Assembly (NCBI GenBank): GCA_963850375.1
Contig: CAWKKV010000002.1
Location: 1,059,943-1,123,942, forward strand
DNA: 64,000 bases
From: an uncultured Acidobacteriaceae bacterium
GTDB lineage: Bacteria > Acidobacteriota > Terriglobia > Terriglobales > Acidobacteriaceae
Direction: 5' to 3'
Shown: in pieces, positions 45,354 through 55,682 of the stretch
Position numbering within the stretch: position 1 is the first letter of the stretch
How the letters are laid out: each line of letters begins with the position of its first letter
Translations under genes and position numbers: made by a program
The notes under the pieces: generated by a model
Seen by the model: only the letters and a program-made list of their open reading frames with translations
Told to the model about the DNA's origin: nothing
Database searches by the model: none

Positions 45354-46430
45354 CTACTGGATCTGCACCAGGCCCGAACCCTGCTCCGTCACCCCGTGGC
45401 CCCCCGCCGGAACTCCGCCCGTCGTCTCCGGATGCTGCGGTGCACGCCAGTGATCGATATAACTCACCTGGTGCACACAGCTGATCGTGCAGTTCGGAGC
45501 ACACCCCTTCTCCGTCAGGAACTCCCGCTGGACATCCGCCGTCTGGTACTCCCCAAGCGGAACCCCCGGATACCCGCGCTGCTGGCTGCAATAGTGCACC
45601 AGCCCGTTCTCGCAGATGTACAGGTAGCGCGACCCCGCGCGGCAACGCCAGTCATTCGGCTTCCCGTTCGCAATCGCCTCCTGGAAATGGTTGAACCGCG
45701 AATAGCTCCGGCGTGTCAGCTTGCGCACCCGGTCCCAAACCTCGCGCTCCTTCGCTCCCAGCGGCTTCAGCTGTCCGCTCCCGTCATGAATGATCCCGAT
45801 CGTCGACGAGAACCCAAGCCCCAGCGCGCGCTGCGAGATCGTATACGCGTCCTCAGGATTCGCAATCCCGCCACCCACCACCGAGTTGATATTCACGTGA
45901 AACGTCGCGTGCTCCGCCAGCATCCGCAGCTTCGCGTCCAGCACCTTCAGACTCTTCTTCGAGACCGCGTCCGGCAACACATTGTCGATCGAGATCTGCA
46001 TATGATCGAGCCCCGCCCGGTTCAGCCGCTCGATCCGGTCCGGCATCAACAGGTATCCGTTCGTGATCATGCCCGCGATCGCACCCGTCTTCCGTATCCG
46101 CGCAATCACTCGATCCAGCTCAGGATGCAGCAACGGCTCGCCGCCCGAGATCGTGATCACACTCGTCCCCAGCCTGCCCAGGTGATCGATCCGCCGTTCC
46201 ATCTCCTCGATGTCCACCGGCTTCGAAACGTCGTCGAACTCATTGCAGTAAGTGCACGCCAGGTTGCAGCGCCGCATCGGCACAATGTGCGCCATGTAAG
46301 GGTGACCCGTCGACGCCAGCGCCGACCCGATCGATCCAAGCTCCCGCAACTTCCGTGTCACCGCCCGAAGCCGCCGCTCCGACCTCAGGCGGCGGCTCCC
46401 CGGCTGTGCAATCTCATTCGCCATAATCAC
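45354..46430 (-). CDS. Radical SAM protein with Cys-rich C-terminal (twitch/SPASM-like) region
   Basis: CNLACTYC, SGGEPLL, TNG, CRAG..G.VHYC, CAPNCTISC. Confidence 0.88.
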   Translation of the reverse strand: MIMANEIAQPGSRRLRSERRLRAVTRKLRELGSIGSALASTGHPYMAHIVPMRRCNLACTYCNEFDDVSKPVDIEEMERRIDHLGRLGTSVITISGGEPLLHPELDRVIARIRKTGAIAGMITNGYLLMPDRIERLNRAGLDHMQISIDNVLPDAVSKKSLKVLDAKLRMLAEHATFHVNINSVVGGGIANPEDAYTISQRALGLGFSSTIGIIHDGSGQLKPLGAKEREVWDRVRKLTRRSYSRFNHFQEAIANGKPNDWRCRAGSRYLYICENGLVHYCSQQRGYPGVPLGEYQTADVQREFLTEKGCAPNCTISCVHQVSYIDHWRAPQHPETTGGVPAGGHGVTEQGSGLVQIQ

Positions 46431-48564
46431 TTACAAGTATAGAACCACGGGCCGACGCCACGGATCCCGAGGCACAAACCGCGGACTCCCCGCTCCCCAA
46501 ATTCGCCGGCTCAACGTGAGTCGCCTTGCGCGCGACGAGGAGCTCCTCGATCGGCTTCGGTTTGCTCAGGTAAAACCCCTGCAGCTCATCACATCCCTCG
46601 CCCCGCAGGTACTCCATCTGCTCCGCCTTCTCCACGCCCTCCGCCGTGATCGCCATGTTGAAGCTCGATCCCAGCGCCGCGATCGCCTGCACGATCGCCC
46701 GCGCCGAACGGCTCTCCGGCAGATCCTGCACAAAGCTCCGGTCGATCTTCAGCTTGTCGAACGGAAAGCTCCGGAGGTAGCTCAACGACGAGTACCCCGT
46801 GCCGAAGTCATCAAGCGCAATCCGCACCCCGAGCTCCCGCAGCTGGTGCAGCGCCTTCAGCGTCGCCTCGCTGTTCTGCAGCAGCACCGACTCCGTGATC
46901 TCCAGCTCCAGCCGGCTCGCCTCCAGTCCCGAAAAGCTCAGCGCATCCCCGATCATCTCGACCAGACGTCCGCTCTTGAACTGCGCCGGTGACAGATTCA
47001 CCGCGACCTTGACCTCGTCGGCCCACGTGGCCGCCTCCTTGCACGCCGCACGCGCCACCCACTCGCCGATCGGCACAATCAAACCCGTCTCCTCCGCCAG
47101 CGGAATGAAGTCCGCCGGCGACACCGTTCCCCGCGTCGGATGCACCCATCGCACCAGCGCCTCGTAGCTCGTCACCCTGCTCGTCGTCGCATCCACCACC
47201 GGCTGGTAGTACAGCCGGAACTCATCCCGCACAAGCGCCTGCCGCAGATCCTGCTCCAGCATCCGGCGCGACTCCATTCGGGTATCCAGCTCCGGCTCAA
47301 AAAAGCTGTACCTCAGCTCCGTCTCCTTCTTCGCCCGATACAGCGCCATGTCGGCCTTCTTCATCAGGTCGTCGGCATCCACGCCATCCTTCGGCGCAAT
47401 CGTCATCCCGATGCTGCATCCCGAGACCACCTGCTGCCCGTGTAGCACGTAAGGCTGCCCCAGCGCATGGATCAGGCGCTTCGCCAGCACCACCGCGTCC
47501 CCGTCCTCCTTTGGCCCCGTCTGGATCACCGCGAACTCATCGCCGCCCAGCCGCGCCACCGTGTCGCTCTCCCGCACGCACGAGCGCAGTCTCTGCGCCA
47601 CCGCCCGCAGCAGCTCATCGCCAGCCGCATGGCCCAGCGTGTCGTTCACCGTCTTGAAGCCGTTCATATCCAGGCTCATCAGCACAAACGCCGTTCCCCG
47701 CTTCGCCTGCACCGTCGCCTGGTGCAGCCGCTCGTGGAAGTACGTCCGGTTCGGCAGCCCCGTCAGCGCGTCGTGGTGCGCCATGTACGCCAGCTGCACC
47801 TCCGCCTTCCGCCGCTCCGTCACGTCCTCAAACGTCATCACCCAACCGCCGTCCGGCATCGGACGCGTCGCAATCGAGATCACGTGGGCATCCCCGACCT
47901 CTTCAAACGTCTGGTCCATCTGGTCGTCTGGGGAGATCGCATGGATCCGCTGCTCCACCCGCTTCGCCCGCCTGTGCCCGAAGCCGATCGCCTCCATCAC
48001 CTCCGCAATACTCATCCCCACACGCACCTGCTCGCAGGAGACGCCGCACATCTCGCTCAGCCGCCGATTCGCCAGGATCAACGCGCCCTCCGCGTCATAC
48101 AACGCCAAACCCTGCGACATATACGTCAACGCAATCTTCAGGTTGCGATGAACCGCCGACAGCCGTTCATCCGCCTCGCGATCGTCCGTCTTGTCCCGCG
48201 TCATCACCGCGAAACCCACTACCGCCCCGTTCACCGTCACCGGCTCGATCACGACCGCCGCCCAGAAGCGCGAGCCATCCTTCCGCACGCGCCATCCACT
48301 CCCCTCGAAGCGATCCTCTCGCAGCGCCGTCTCAAGCGCCCGTTGCGGCTCATTCCTCGCTTGGTCCTCCGGCGTGTAGAAGGCCGCGAAGTGCCGGCCC
48401 ACAATCTCCGCAGCAGAGTATCCCTTGGCGCGCTCGGCGCCGGCATTCCATGTGCTCACAACCCCATGCGTGTCCAGCAGGTACATCGCATAACCGGTCA
48501 GGGAATCCACCAGCAGCTTTGACTTCAACTCGCCTTCCATCTTCCAGTCGTTCAAAACCCGCAT
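46414..48564 (-). CDS. PAS-PAS-GGDEF-EAL diguanylate cyclase/phosphodiesterase
   Basis: WNAGAER, RKDGSRFW, RLGGDEF, YEALVR, DDFGTGYSSL. Confidence 0.93.
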   Translation of the reverse strand: MRVLNDWKMEGELKSKLLVDSLTGYAMYLLDTHGVVSTWNAGAERAKGYSAAEIVGRHFAAFYTPEDQARNEPQRALETALREDRFEGSGWRVRKDGSRFWAAVVIEPVTVNGAVVGFAVMTRDKTDDREADERLSAVHRNLKIALTYMSQGLALYDAEGALILANRRLSEMCGVSCEQVRVGMSIAEVMEAIGFGHRRAKRVEQRIHAISPDDQMDQTFEEVGDAHVISIATRPMPDGGWVMTFEDVTERRKAEVQLAYMAHHDALTGLPNRTYFHERLHQATVQAKRGTAFVLMSLDMNGFKTVNDTLGHAAGDELLRAVAQRLRSCVRESDTVARLGGDEFAVIQTGPKEDGDAVVLAKRLIHALGQPYVLHGQQVVSGCSIGMTIAPKDGVDADDLMKKADMALYRAKKETELRYSFFEPELDTRMESRRMLEQDLRQALVRDEFRLYYQPVVDATTSRVTSYEALVRWVHPTRGTVSPADFIPLAEETGLIVPIGEWVARAACKEAATWADEVKVAVNLSPAQFKSGRLVEMIGDALSFSGLEASRLELEITESVLLQNSEATLKALHQLRELGVRIALDDFGTGYSSLSYLRSFPFDKLKIDRSFVQDLPESRSARAIVQAIAALGSSFNMAITAEGVEKAEQMEYLRGEGCDELQGFYLSKPKPIEELLVARKATHVEPANLGSGESAVCASGSVASARGSILVSDYGE

Positions 48565-48772
48565 CGCTCACCTGCCCGCTGAAGTCCGCAAGGTCTCACC
48601 TCGCGTTCTCCCCACTCATCGGCAGCGACACGCCAAACCTTAGCTCGCCCACCAGCTCCATTCCCATCCGCGTCCCAAAACAGGACAGCCACCCCCGAAA
48701 CACCCGCAGCCCCAAAAGCAAAACGGCAGCCCCCAAGGGACCGCCGTCCGAAACCCGCGCACTCTCTCCCAA

Positions 48773-49807
48773 TCAGTTCAGGAGATCGCCCTCTTCCTCC
48801 ATCTGCATCCGCATCATCGCCACGGAAAACGCCTCCGGCCTCTCGAGCCCCGCGAAGCCCGGCCCAAACTCCGGCCACTGCACCTCCGACTTCCTCTTCG
48901 GGTCCGGCGTTAGCGTCAACGTCTGCTCCTTCTTCTCGCGCAGCACGGTTACCGGGATCGGCTTGCCCTTGCCCTCATGCACCGTCTTCGCCCAGTCCGC
49001 AATCCCGCCCACCGGTGCCTGGTTCAGCTTCACCACTACGTCTCCCGCCTTCATCCCTGCCGTCGCCGCCGGGGAGTTCGCCTCCACGCTCCGCACCAGC
49101 AGCCCCGCTCCGCCCTGCACCCCGAAGAACTCCGCCAGCTGCGGTCCAATCGGCTCCAGCATCGCACCCGTATACGGCGTTCCCATCATCGTCGCCAGAA
49201 ATCCACGATCCCCACGCGATCCCCCCGAGATCGAAGGTCCGCCTCCATGGAAGAATCCCATTCCCGCTCGCGGTGCCGCCGAGCCCCCGCCGCCTCGCGC
49301 ACTCTCCGTCGGCGCCGGCGCTCCCGGCCCAGCGCTCGCTCCATCCGGGTCAGGAACCGTCATATGCTGCTCCCACGCCTGCCGCTCCAGCTCCTCCCGG
49401 TTCGCCATCCTCGTGCTCACCGTCTGCTGCTGCCCATCCCTGCTCACCAGAAGGCTCACCGTGTGCCCCGGCGGTGTCTCCCGAAGCATCCTCTTCAACT
49501 GCTCCGACCCTTCCACCACCTGGCCGTTTACCTGCTGAATCACGTCATGCTCGCGCAGCCCCGCCTTTGCCGCCGGCCCGTCATGATCCACCCTCATGAC
49601 CTCCGCCCCGCGCGCCTCCTTCAACTTCAGGACGCCCACCTGGTCGTCGCCCACATCCCGAATATCCACCCCGAGATACCCCTGCGTCCCATGTGAACCC
49701 GGCCCGGCCGCCATCACAAACCCGCTTTGCCCCATCAGCATCCCGGGCCACGCCGCCAGACTCGCCGCCCCCAGCACCGCCGATCCGATCCATCTGCGCA
49801 TCGTCAT
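48773..49807 (-). CDS. Secreted tandem PDZ domain protein
   Basis: GYLGV..GPAAKAGLREHDVI and SPAATAGMKAGDVV; signal peptide; no trypsin domain seen. Confidence 0.85.
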   Translation of the reverse strand: MTMRRWIGSAVLGAASLAAWPGMLMGQSGFVMAAGPGSHGTQGYLGVDIRDVGDDQVGVLKLKEARGAEVMRVDHDGPAAKAGLREHDVIQQVNGQVVEGSEQLKRMLRETPPGHTVSLLVSRDGQQQTVSTRMANREELERQAWEQHMTVPDPDGASAGPGAPAPTESARGGGGSAAPRAGMGFFHGGGPSISGGSRGDRGFLATMMGTPYTGAMLEPIGPQLAEFFGVQGGAGLLVRSVEANSPAATAGMKAGDVVVKLNQAPVGGIADWAKTVHEGKGKPIPVTVLREKKEQTLTLTPDPKRKSEVQWPEFGPGFAGLERPEAFSVAMMRMQMEEEGDLLN

Positions 49808-50027
49808 CCTCAATCTCTTCTCGTCTTCGTCACTGCCGCGCCGCGGGTCGGCCCTGCCCGCGCACACTCATCTCAGCTGGACCCTTGGCACCCGGCCTTC
49901 GCAACAGCCGCACTGCCAGCACAATCCTGCCTGTTGGACACGGGCGCTTCCTGCCCGTGAGCATATCTGGAATAAAAGTTGCAACATGCACCCGGCCCGG
50001 CCGACATGTACGCAATAACTTCCGAAG

Positions 50028-51005
50028 TTACTGGATATCCGCCGCACCCTGCAACGCCTCGTAACTCGCGTTACGGATATACGGATTATCGTCCTGCGTC
50101 GAAACCGTCCGCAGCACCTGCCGTACGCTCGAGTCCGACTGCACCGGCGTCAGCATCCCGATCGCCGCCTTCCGAACATTCGCGTTCTTGTCCCGCATCA
50201 ACGCTTCCAGCACCGCGTCCCGCACCCTCTGGTCCTGGTCCACGTACGGCTCCAACCCATGCAGCGCCTTCATCCGAACGCCCGCATCACTGTCATACCG
50301 CAGCCGAACCATCAGCGCCCCGCGCACATCCTTGCTGTCGTCCCCGTCCAGGCACGCATGCCCCAGCCGGCACTCGTTCGCCAGCAGCGCCACCGCATCC
50401 GTCCGCACAACCTCGCTCGTCCCCGTCCTCATTCCCGTCATCAGCAGCTGCCGGATCTGTGGATCGTCCAGCGATCCTTCGACGGTCTCGGGAACCAGCT
50501 TCGTGTACTTCACCTGCACCAGCTCCGAGTCGGGCGTCCGCACAATTCCGCTCACACTCGTGATCACACCCTTGGTCTGCTCGGAAACAATCACCGGGCC
50601 GGGCCTCGGCTTCGGCATCTGCGCCGCCCGATACCGCGACACGAGGTCCCCACCCAGAAACCCAACCCCTACCAGCAACGTCGCCAGCGCCGGAGCCCCC
50701 GTCAGCACCCCCGTCCACCGCCAGAAGTTAGCCCGGAGACGAGTCACCATCCCATGCGGCGACTCGTCATCCAGCGCCTCATCCAGCCGCATCCGGCTCT
50801 GCGCCAGCAGGTTTGGCGAAACCTCGAGCACCGGCAGCATCGCCAGGTCCTCGTCCATCTCCCGCATCGCGCTCAACTCACCCTGGCATGCGTCGCATTC
50901 ATCCAGATGCTGTTCCAGCCCAATCGCCAGCTCATCCTCGAGCTCGCCATACATCAACAGCACCATCTGGTCCTGCGCTACATCACAGTTCATGCTTTGC
51001 TCCAC
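50028..51005 (-). CDS. Anti-sigma factor (zf-HC2, TM, HEAT repeats)
   Basis: HLDECDAC zinc motif, one TM, D.N..VR..A repeats. Confidence 0.85.
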   Translation of the reverse strand: MEQSMNCDVAQDQMVLLMYGELEDELAIGLEQHLDECDACQGELSAMREMDEDLAMLPVLEVSPNLLAQSRMRLDEALDDESPHGMVTRLRANFWRWTGVLTGAPALATLLVGVGFLGGDLVSRYRAAQMPKPRPGPVIVSEQTKGVITSVSGIVRTPDSELVQVKYTKLVPETVEGSLDDPQIRQLLMTGMRTGTSEVVRTDAVALLANECRLGHACLDGDDSKDVRGALMVRLRYDSDAGVRMKALHGLEPYVDQDQRVRDAVLEALMRDKNANVRKAAIGMLTPVQSDSSVRQVLRTVSTQDDNPYIRNASYEALQGAADIQ

Positions 51006-51097
51006 TTACAGCCTCAAAAACTTGTCCCGCAACCAATCGCGGATCGATCGTCCCACCAAAAGGGATCGTCGTCCGTCCACATGCCTTTAGCCGTTCT

Positions 51098-51892
51098 CTA
51101 CGCCCGCAGCTCCTGGAGGCTCGCCCGCAGCTTCCTCGTGGCCCGGAACAGCGTGTTCTTCGCCGTCTCTTCCGTAGTGCTCAACATCTCGCCGATCGTG
51201 CGCAGCTTCAATCCCTGGTAGTGCTTCAGCTCAAACACCGTCCGCTCGCGAGGCGTCAACTTGTCCAGCGCCGCCTTGATCCCCTCGGCCATCGCCTTCC
51301 GCTCCAGCTCCCGCCCCGGGTTAGCCATCGCCCGGTCGTCCCGGACATTGGCCAGGAGGTCCATCTCGTCCCCGCTCGCATCCGCAACCGTCGCAGGATC
51401 CTCGCGCCGGCTCTTCCGCCGCCGCATCTGGTCCAGGCACAGGTTCGTCACAATCCGGTACAGCCACGTATAGAACGAGCACTCAAAACGGAAGTTCCCC
51501 AGGTGCCGGTACGCCTTGATAAAGGCCTCCTGGTGCACATCCTGCGCATCCTGCTCGTTCCCAAGCATATGCAGCGCCAGTCGAAGCACGCTCTGGTCGT
51601 ACCGCCGCACCAGCGTGTCAAACGAGCTCCGCTGACCCTTCTGCGCCTCCCGGATCAGCTCGTCGTCTTCGGCCCGCTGCTGCGCCCGCGCCTCCATCTG
51701 CGCCGGTGTCAGCTTCGCCCTCGTCCCTGGTTGTGCCGCGGCCTTGGCCATAGGCCCTGATTCTACCGCCGCGACCCCTCGCCCCGCTCGTGACGCAGAC
51801 CCGGAAGTACCGATCCGCTTCCGCCCGCCAGTGACACCAAGCCCCTGCGCCAGCTCCCCGCCGGCACCAATCCCAATCGCCTCAGCACTCAT
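51098..51892 (-). CDS. ECF sigma-70 family RNA polymerase sigma factor
   Basis: DAQDVHQEAFIKAY, FYTWLYRIVTNLCLD, LTPRERTVF region 4; start uncertain. Confidence 0.92.
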   Translation of the reverse strand: MSAEAIGIGAGGELAQGLGVTGGRKRIGTSGSASRAGRGVAAVESGPMAKAAAQPGTRAKLTPAQMEARAQQRAEDDELIREAQKGQRSSFDTLVRRYDQSVLRLALHMLGNEQDAQDVHQEAFIKAYRHLGNFRFECSFYTWLYRIVTNLCLDQMRRRKSRREDPATVADASGDEMDLLANVRDDRAMANPGRELERKAMAEGIKAALDKLTPRERTVFELKHYQGLKLRTIGEMLSTTEETAKNTLFRATRKLRASLQELRA

Positions 51893-52042
51893 CGTAGGTC
51901 TCACTCCGGAGTGAGAAAAACCGTTCTCACCCCAATAGACCTGAACCCGGAAAAAAGGTAAGCGTTGCGCCCCAAAAGAAACGGAACCGATTGCCCCGGC
52001 CAGCCCGCCAGACCCCACAAAGCCATTAACTCCCCCTCAAGC

Positions 52043-52070
52043 CGTCATCCTGAGCAAAGCGAAGGATCTC
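52043..52070 (+). repeat. CGTC-tagged REP-like element type B, intergenic
   Basis: cgtcatcctgagcaaagcgaaggatctc. Confidence 0.8.
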
Positions 52071-52104
52071 AGTATCCCCGCCCACACCGGGTTAAACTCA
52101 CCCC

Positions 52105-52929
52105 ATGCCCCCCAGCACGCCCAGCCTCTTCCCCGCAACGCCCTCCGTCACCGAAACCATCACCGCTCACTGTGACGGCGGCGCCCGCGGAAACCCCGGC
52201 CCCGCAGGCTACGGCGTGGAGATCACCGACGCCCAAGGAAACGTCATCGCCGAACTCTCCGAGTTCCTCGGCATCCGCACCAACAACTACGCCGAGTACT
52301 CAGGCCTCCTCGCCTCGCTCCAATACGCCCTCGACCACGGCCACAAATCCCTCCGCGTCATCTCCGACTCCGAGCTCATGGTCAAGCAGATCCAGGGCAA
52401 GTACAAGGTCAACTCCCCCGACCTCAAACCCCTCTGGGGGGAGGCCAAATCCCGCATCGCCCGCCTGGACCGCTTCGAAATCGCCCACGCCCTCCGTCAC
52501 AAAAACAAGGACGCCGACCGCCTCGCCAACGAGGCCATGGACCGCGGCATGAAACGCGGTCCTGAAGCGAACGATCGCGGTACGAAACGCGGTCCTGACC
52601 CTAACGGCCCCGGCATGCAGCGCAACACCCCCGCCGAGAGCCAGCCCACCATCTCCTCGCCCGACCCTCGCCTCTCCTCCAAAGCCGGAGTCCAGTCCCT
52701 CCCCCTCCGCGCCATTCCCTACCCCGACAAATCCACGGCCCCACCCCCTCCCGCCAACCTCGACCCAGGCCCCCAGCTCTCCTCCCCCCGAACCCAGACC
52801 CCCGCCCCACCGGAGCCGAGCCCAGCCACCCCCGCCATGCTCCGTGGCTTCGCCCGCGACGGCGTCATTCACATCCTCGGCCCCCACACCCTCCCAAACG
52901 GCACCTTCGTCAAAATCATCCCCGAATAG
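52105..52929 (+). CDS. rnhA: Ribonuclease HI with long C-terminal extension
   Basis: CDGGARGNPGPAG, TNNYAEY, SDSEL, NKDADRLAN. Confidence 0.88.
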   Translation: MPPSTPSLFPATPSVTETITAHCDGGARGNPGPAGYGVEITDAQGNVIAELSEFLGIRTNNYAEYSGLLASLQYALDHGHKSLRVISDSELMVKQIQGKYKVNSPDLKPLWGEAKSRIARLDRFEIAHALRHKNKDADRLANEAMDRGMKRGPEANDRGTKRGPDPNGPGMQRNTPAESQPTISSPDPRLSSKAGVQSLPLRAIPYPDKSTAPPPPANLDPGPQLSSPRTQTPAPPEPSPATPAMLRGFARDGVIHILGPHTLPNGTFVKIIPE

Positions 52930-53020
52930 GAGCTCGATCACCTGCTCGGACGAGCTCGGCCGTGGGCTCAAGAGGGAGAAAAGCTGCTCTAGCGCGAAAG
53001 CGTTGACCTTCGCAAACGAA

Positions 53021-53045
53021 ATGGGCGAGCCCAAGGCTCGCCCAT
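53021..53045. terminator. Hairpin terminator between convergent genes
   Basis: atgggcgagcc-caa-ggctcgcccat. Confidence 0.75.
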
Positions 53046-53069
53046 CTGTTCCACATCCAGTCGAAGCTC

Positions 53070-53462
53070 CTACGACAAGACCGGCAGCTGCAGCGTCTCG
53101 CCAACCTTGATCTTGTCCGCATCGATCCCCAGCTTCTGCGCCACCTGCGTGTACTTGCTCGCCGCCCCATAAAACAGCTGCGAGATCGCGCTCAGCGTGT
53201 CCCCGCCCTTCACGGTGTACGCCTGCGTCTCTCCGCCCGAGGTCCCGATCTCATGGTGAAGATCCGAGTAGCTCGGATCGACCTTCTTGATCGCATCCCA
53301 GACCCGGTTCGCAACCACCGTGCTCGGCACCGTGCCCTTGATGTGCAGCTTGCCGTCAGGGTCCTGGTCCACACCCTCCAGCTTCGCTCCATACTGCTCA
53401 AACTTCGGAAACAACTCCAGCACCGACGCATACTTCTGTTTCAACTGCTCCAAATCGGCCAT
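53070..53462 (-). CDS. LysM domain protein (BON-like plus LysM; Kbp-like architecture)
   Basis: YTVKGGDTLSAISQLFYG..KIKVGETLQLP. Confidence 0.85.
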   Translation of the reverse strand: MADLEQLKQKYASVLELFPKFEQYGAKLEGVDQDPDGKLHIKGTVPSTVVANRVWDAIKKVDPSYSDLHHEIGTSGGETQAYTVKGGDTLSAISQLFYGAASKYTQVAQKLGIDADKIKVGETLQLPVLS

Positions 53463-53573
53463 ACTCTTCTCTCCTCATTCACCTTCTCGTAGTCATGCAC
53501 CTGGGCTTCTTCCTCAAAAGGAGGTTCGCCGTCACTCTGGCGGCGGCCCCGTCTCCATCCAGCACCCTCTGCT

Positions 53574-53996
53574 CTAGATCATCCGGCCCAGGATCGACTG
53601 CAGCATGCCTCCGCTTTCGGGCATCGGCTGCCCCGTCGCCTGGCCATCAGGTGTCACGTGCCCGCTCGAGGCCAGGTGATGAATCACCAGCGGCACCGCC
53701 ACGGCCAGCCCTGCCTTCACCATCCCCGGAGATACCCCCGTCCGCTGCGCAATACGGTCGATAATGCCCGTCCCGCCCAGCCCTTGCTCCACCTGGTCCG
53801 GACTCGCCGGCGTCGTCTGTCCGCCCGCCCATTGCTGCACCAGGCCGCCCATCCCGTTCTGATGAAAAGACTGCAGCAGGCCACCCACGCCGCCGGGCTG
53901 GTTCTGCAGCTCTTCCATCAAACCACCAGCGACCTGGGCATGCTCCCCTGCGCCGCCTCCACCCGCCATCGACTTCACCATGTCAAGAAGACCCAT
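53574..53996 (-). CDS. YidB/DUF937 family protein
   Basis: GGVGGLLQSFHQNGMGGLVQQW pattern. Confidence 0.8.
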   Translation of the reverse strand: MGLLDMVKSMAGGGGAGEHAQVAGGLMEELQNQPGGVGGLLQSFHQNGMGGLVQQWAGGQTTPASPDQVEQGLGGTGIIDRIAQRTGVSPGMVKAGLAVAVPLVIHHLASSGHVTPDGQATGQPMPESGGMLQSILGRMI

Positions 53997-54107
53997 GTCG
54001 CACCTCTTTCTCGCTCACACAGATCTCGTCTCCCGTGTGGCTGGATGCCAACTATAGTCCACCTCAACGCCGCGCGACGACCGCAGACATATGAAATTCA
54101 ACCACTT

Positions 54108-54593
54108 TCACCCCGCCGAACCAGCCCCCAGCTCCGCCTTCACGATCTCGCTCACCATCGAACCGTCCGCCCGGATCCCGCTCGCCAGCAGCCGCTGCTT
54201 GATCACCCGCATCGCCGGTCCCATATCCTTCGGCCCCGGTCTCACCCCACCCGCATCCTTGGCCAGGTGCTCGATCGCACCCCGCACCACCGCCAGCACC
54301 TCCTCCTCGCTCGCCGACTGCGGGAGATAACACTCGATCATCTTGATCTCCTCCGCCTCCTTCTCCGCCAGCTCCGGCCGGTTGCCCTTCGTAAACTGCT
54401 CCACCGAGTCCTTCCGCTGCTTGATCAGCGTCGTCAGAATCGCCTGCTCCTCCGCCTCCTCAAGCGGCGCGCGCTTGTCGATCTCCTTGTTCTTCAGTGC
54501 ACTCTTCACCATCCGCAGCGTCGTCAGCCGGTGCTCGTCCTTCGCCTTCATCGCGGTCACAATGTCCGCCTGGATCTTCTCCCCAATCGCCAT
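54108..54593 (-). CDS. GatB/YqeY domain protein
   Basis: AMKAKD..RLTTLRM, KQRKDSVEQF..GNRPELAEKE, YLP. Confidence 0.92.
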   Translation of the reverse strand: MAIGEKIQADIVTAMKAKDEHRLTTLRMVKSALKNKEIDKRAPLEEAEEQAILTTLIKQRKDSVEQFTKGNRPELAEKEAEEIKMIECYLPQSASEEEVLAVVRGAIEHLAKDAGGVRPGPKDMGPAMRVIKQRLLASGIRADGSMVSEIVKAELGAGSAG

Positions 54594-54680
54594 CCCATCA
54601 CCTCATGCACACACAACAACTTCCCATCATAGATCGCACCTCCGCTCTCTCCACCCCGCTCCCTCGCGCACGACCCTCAT

Positions 54681-55658
54681 CTACGGCAGCACCACAATCT
54701 TTCCCCCAGCCTTGTTCTCCTCCATCGTCCGGTGCGCCTCCGCAATCGCGTCCAGCCGATACACCTTGCCCACCTGCACGGCTAGCGTCCCCTTCGCAAT
54801 CTCCCCCAGCAGCTCGCTCAGCGGCGTCCGCATAAAATCCTCCGCCTCCCCCGCATACGTCGTCAGGCACACCGCCGTCGGAATCGCCTCCATCGGCGCG
54901 AACTCGTCAAAGCTCCACTTGTTCCCCACAATCCCCGTCATGCACACGATCCCGCCATCTCGCGAGCACCGCAGCGAGTCCTTCAGCGTCGTCGTCCCGA
55001 TCAACTCCAGCACCTTGTCGAATCCACCCCCAGGCCGCTGCCTCACCTCGTCCGCAATCGCTCCCGTATCGATCAGGACCTCGTCCGCCCCGCTCCGGAG
55101 CAGCAGCTCCCGCCGGTCCGCACTGCGCGTCGTCGAAGCCACCGTCGCCCCATGACGCTTCGCAATCGCTGCCGCCGCCAGGCCCACCGATGTCGTCCCC
55201 CCGCGCACCAGCAGACGCTCCCCCTTCTCGAGCCGCAGCGCCCGGAACAGCGATCCCCACGCCGTCTGCAGCATCTCCGGCACCGCGCCCACCGTCTCCC
55301 ACGGCAGCTCCGTCTCAAACGCCTGCACCTGCGTCACAGGCACGCACGTGAACTCCGCATACCCTCCGTCGAAGTTCCGCCCCATGCCGCCCATGGCCGT
55401 CGCCACCTTGGCACCCTCCGGGAACTCCCCACCCGGCGCACTCTCAACCACACCCACCGCCTCGATCCCCAGCACTCGCGGTAGCTTCACGCCCGGCGAA
55501 TGCCCCTGCCGCGTAAACATCTCCGACCGGTTCAGCCCAAACGCCTTCACCCGGATCAACACCTCGCCGCGCCCCGGCGTAGGCACCGGGATACTCTCCA
55601 CCTTCAGCACCTCCGGCCCACCCGGCTCACGCATCACTGCCGCCTTCATCATTGCCAT
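54681..55658 (-). CDS. Zinc-binding alcohol dehydrogenase / quinone oxidoreductase family protein
   Basis: [33 protein letters not shown]. Confidence 0.9.
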   Translation of the reverse strand: MAMMKAAVMREPGGPEVLKVESIPVPTPGRGEVLIRVKAFGLNRSEMFTRQGHSPGVKLPRVLGIEAVGVVESAPGGEFPEGAKVATAMGGMGRNFDGGYAEFTCVPVTQVQAFETELPWETVGAVPEMLQTAWGSLFRALRLEKGERLLVRGGTTSVGLAAAAIAKRHGATVASTTRSADRRELLLRSGADEVLIDTGAIADEVRQRPGGGFDKVLELIGTTTLKDSLRCSRDGGIVCMTGIVGNKWSFDEFAPMEAIPTAVCLTTYAGEAEDFMRTPLSELLGEIAKGTLAVQVGKVYRLDAIAEAHRTMEENKAGGKIVVLP

Positions 55659-55682
55659 CCTCGATCTCCTCTGTCGCTCCGC

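Noticed and set aside
51895-52040. Autoregulated ECF promoter upstream of the sigma gene
   Set aside because: A GTCTA -10-like motif is present on the minus strand, but there is no convincing AAC-containing -35 at the right spacing.
52105-52135. Beta-clamp binding motif at the RNase HI N-terminus (TPSLF)
   Set aside because: It lacks the Gln of QL[SD]LF and is too weak without conservation data.
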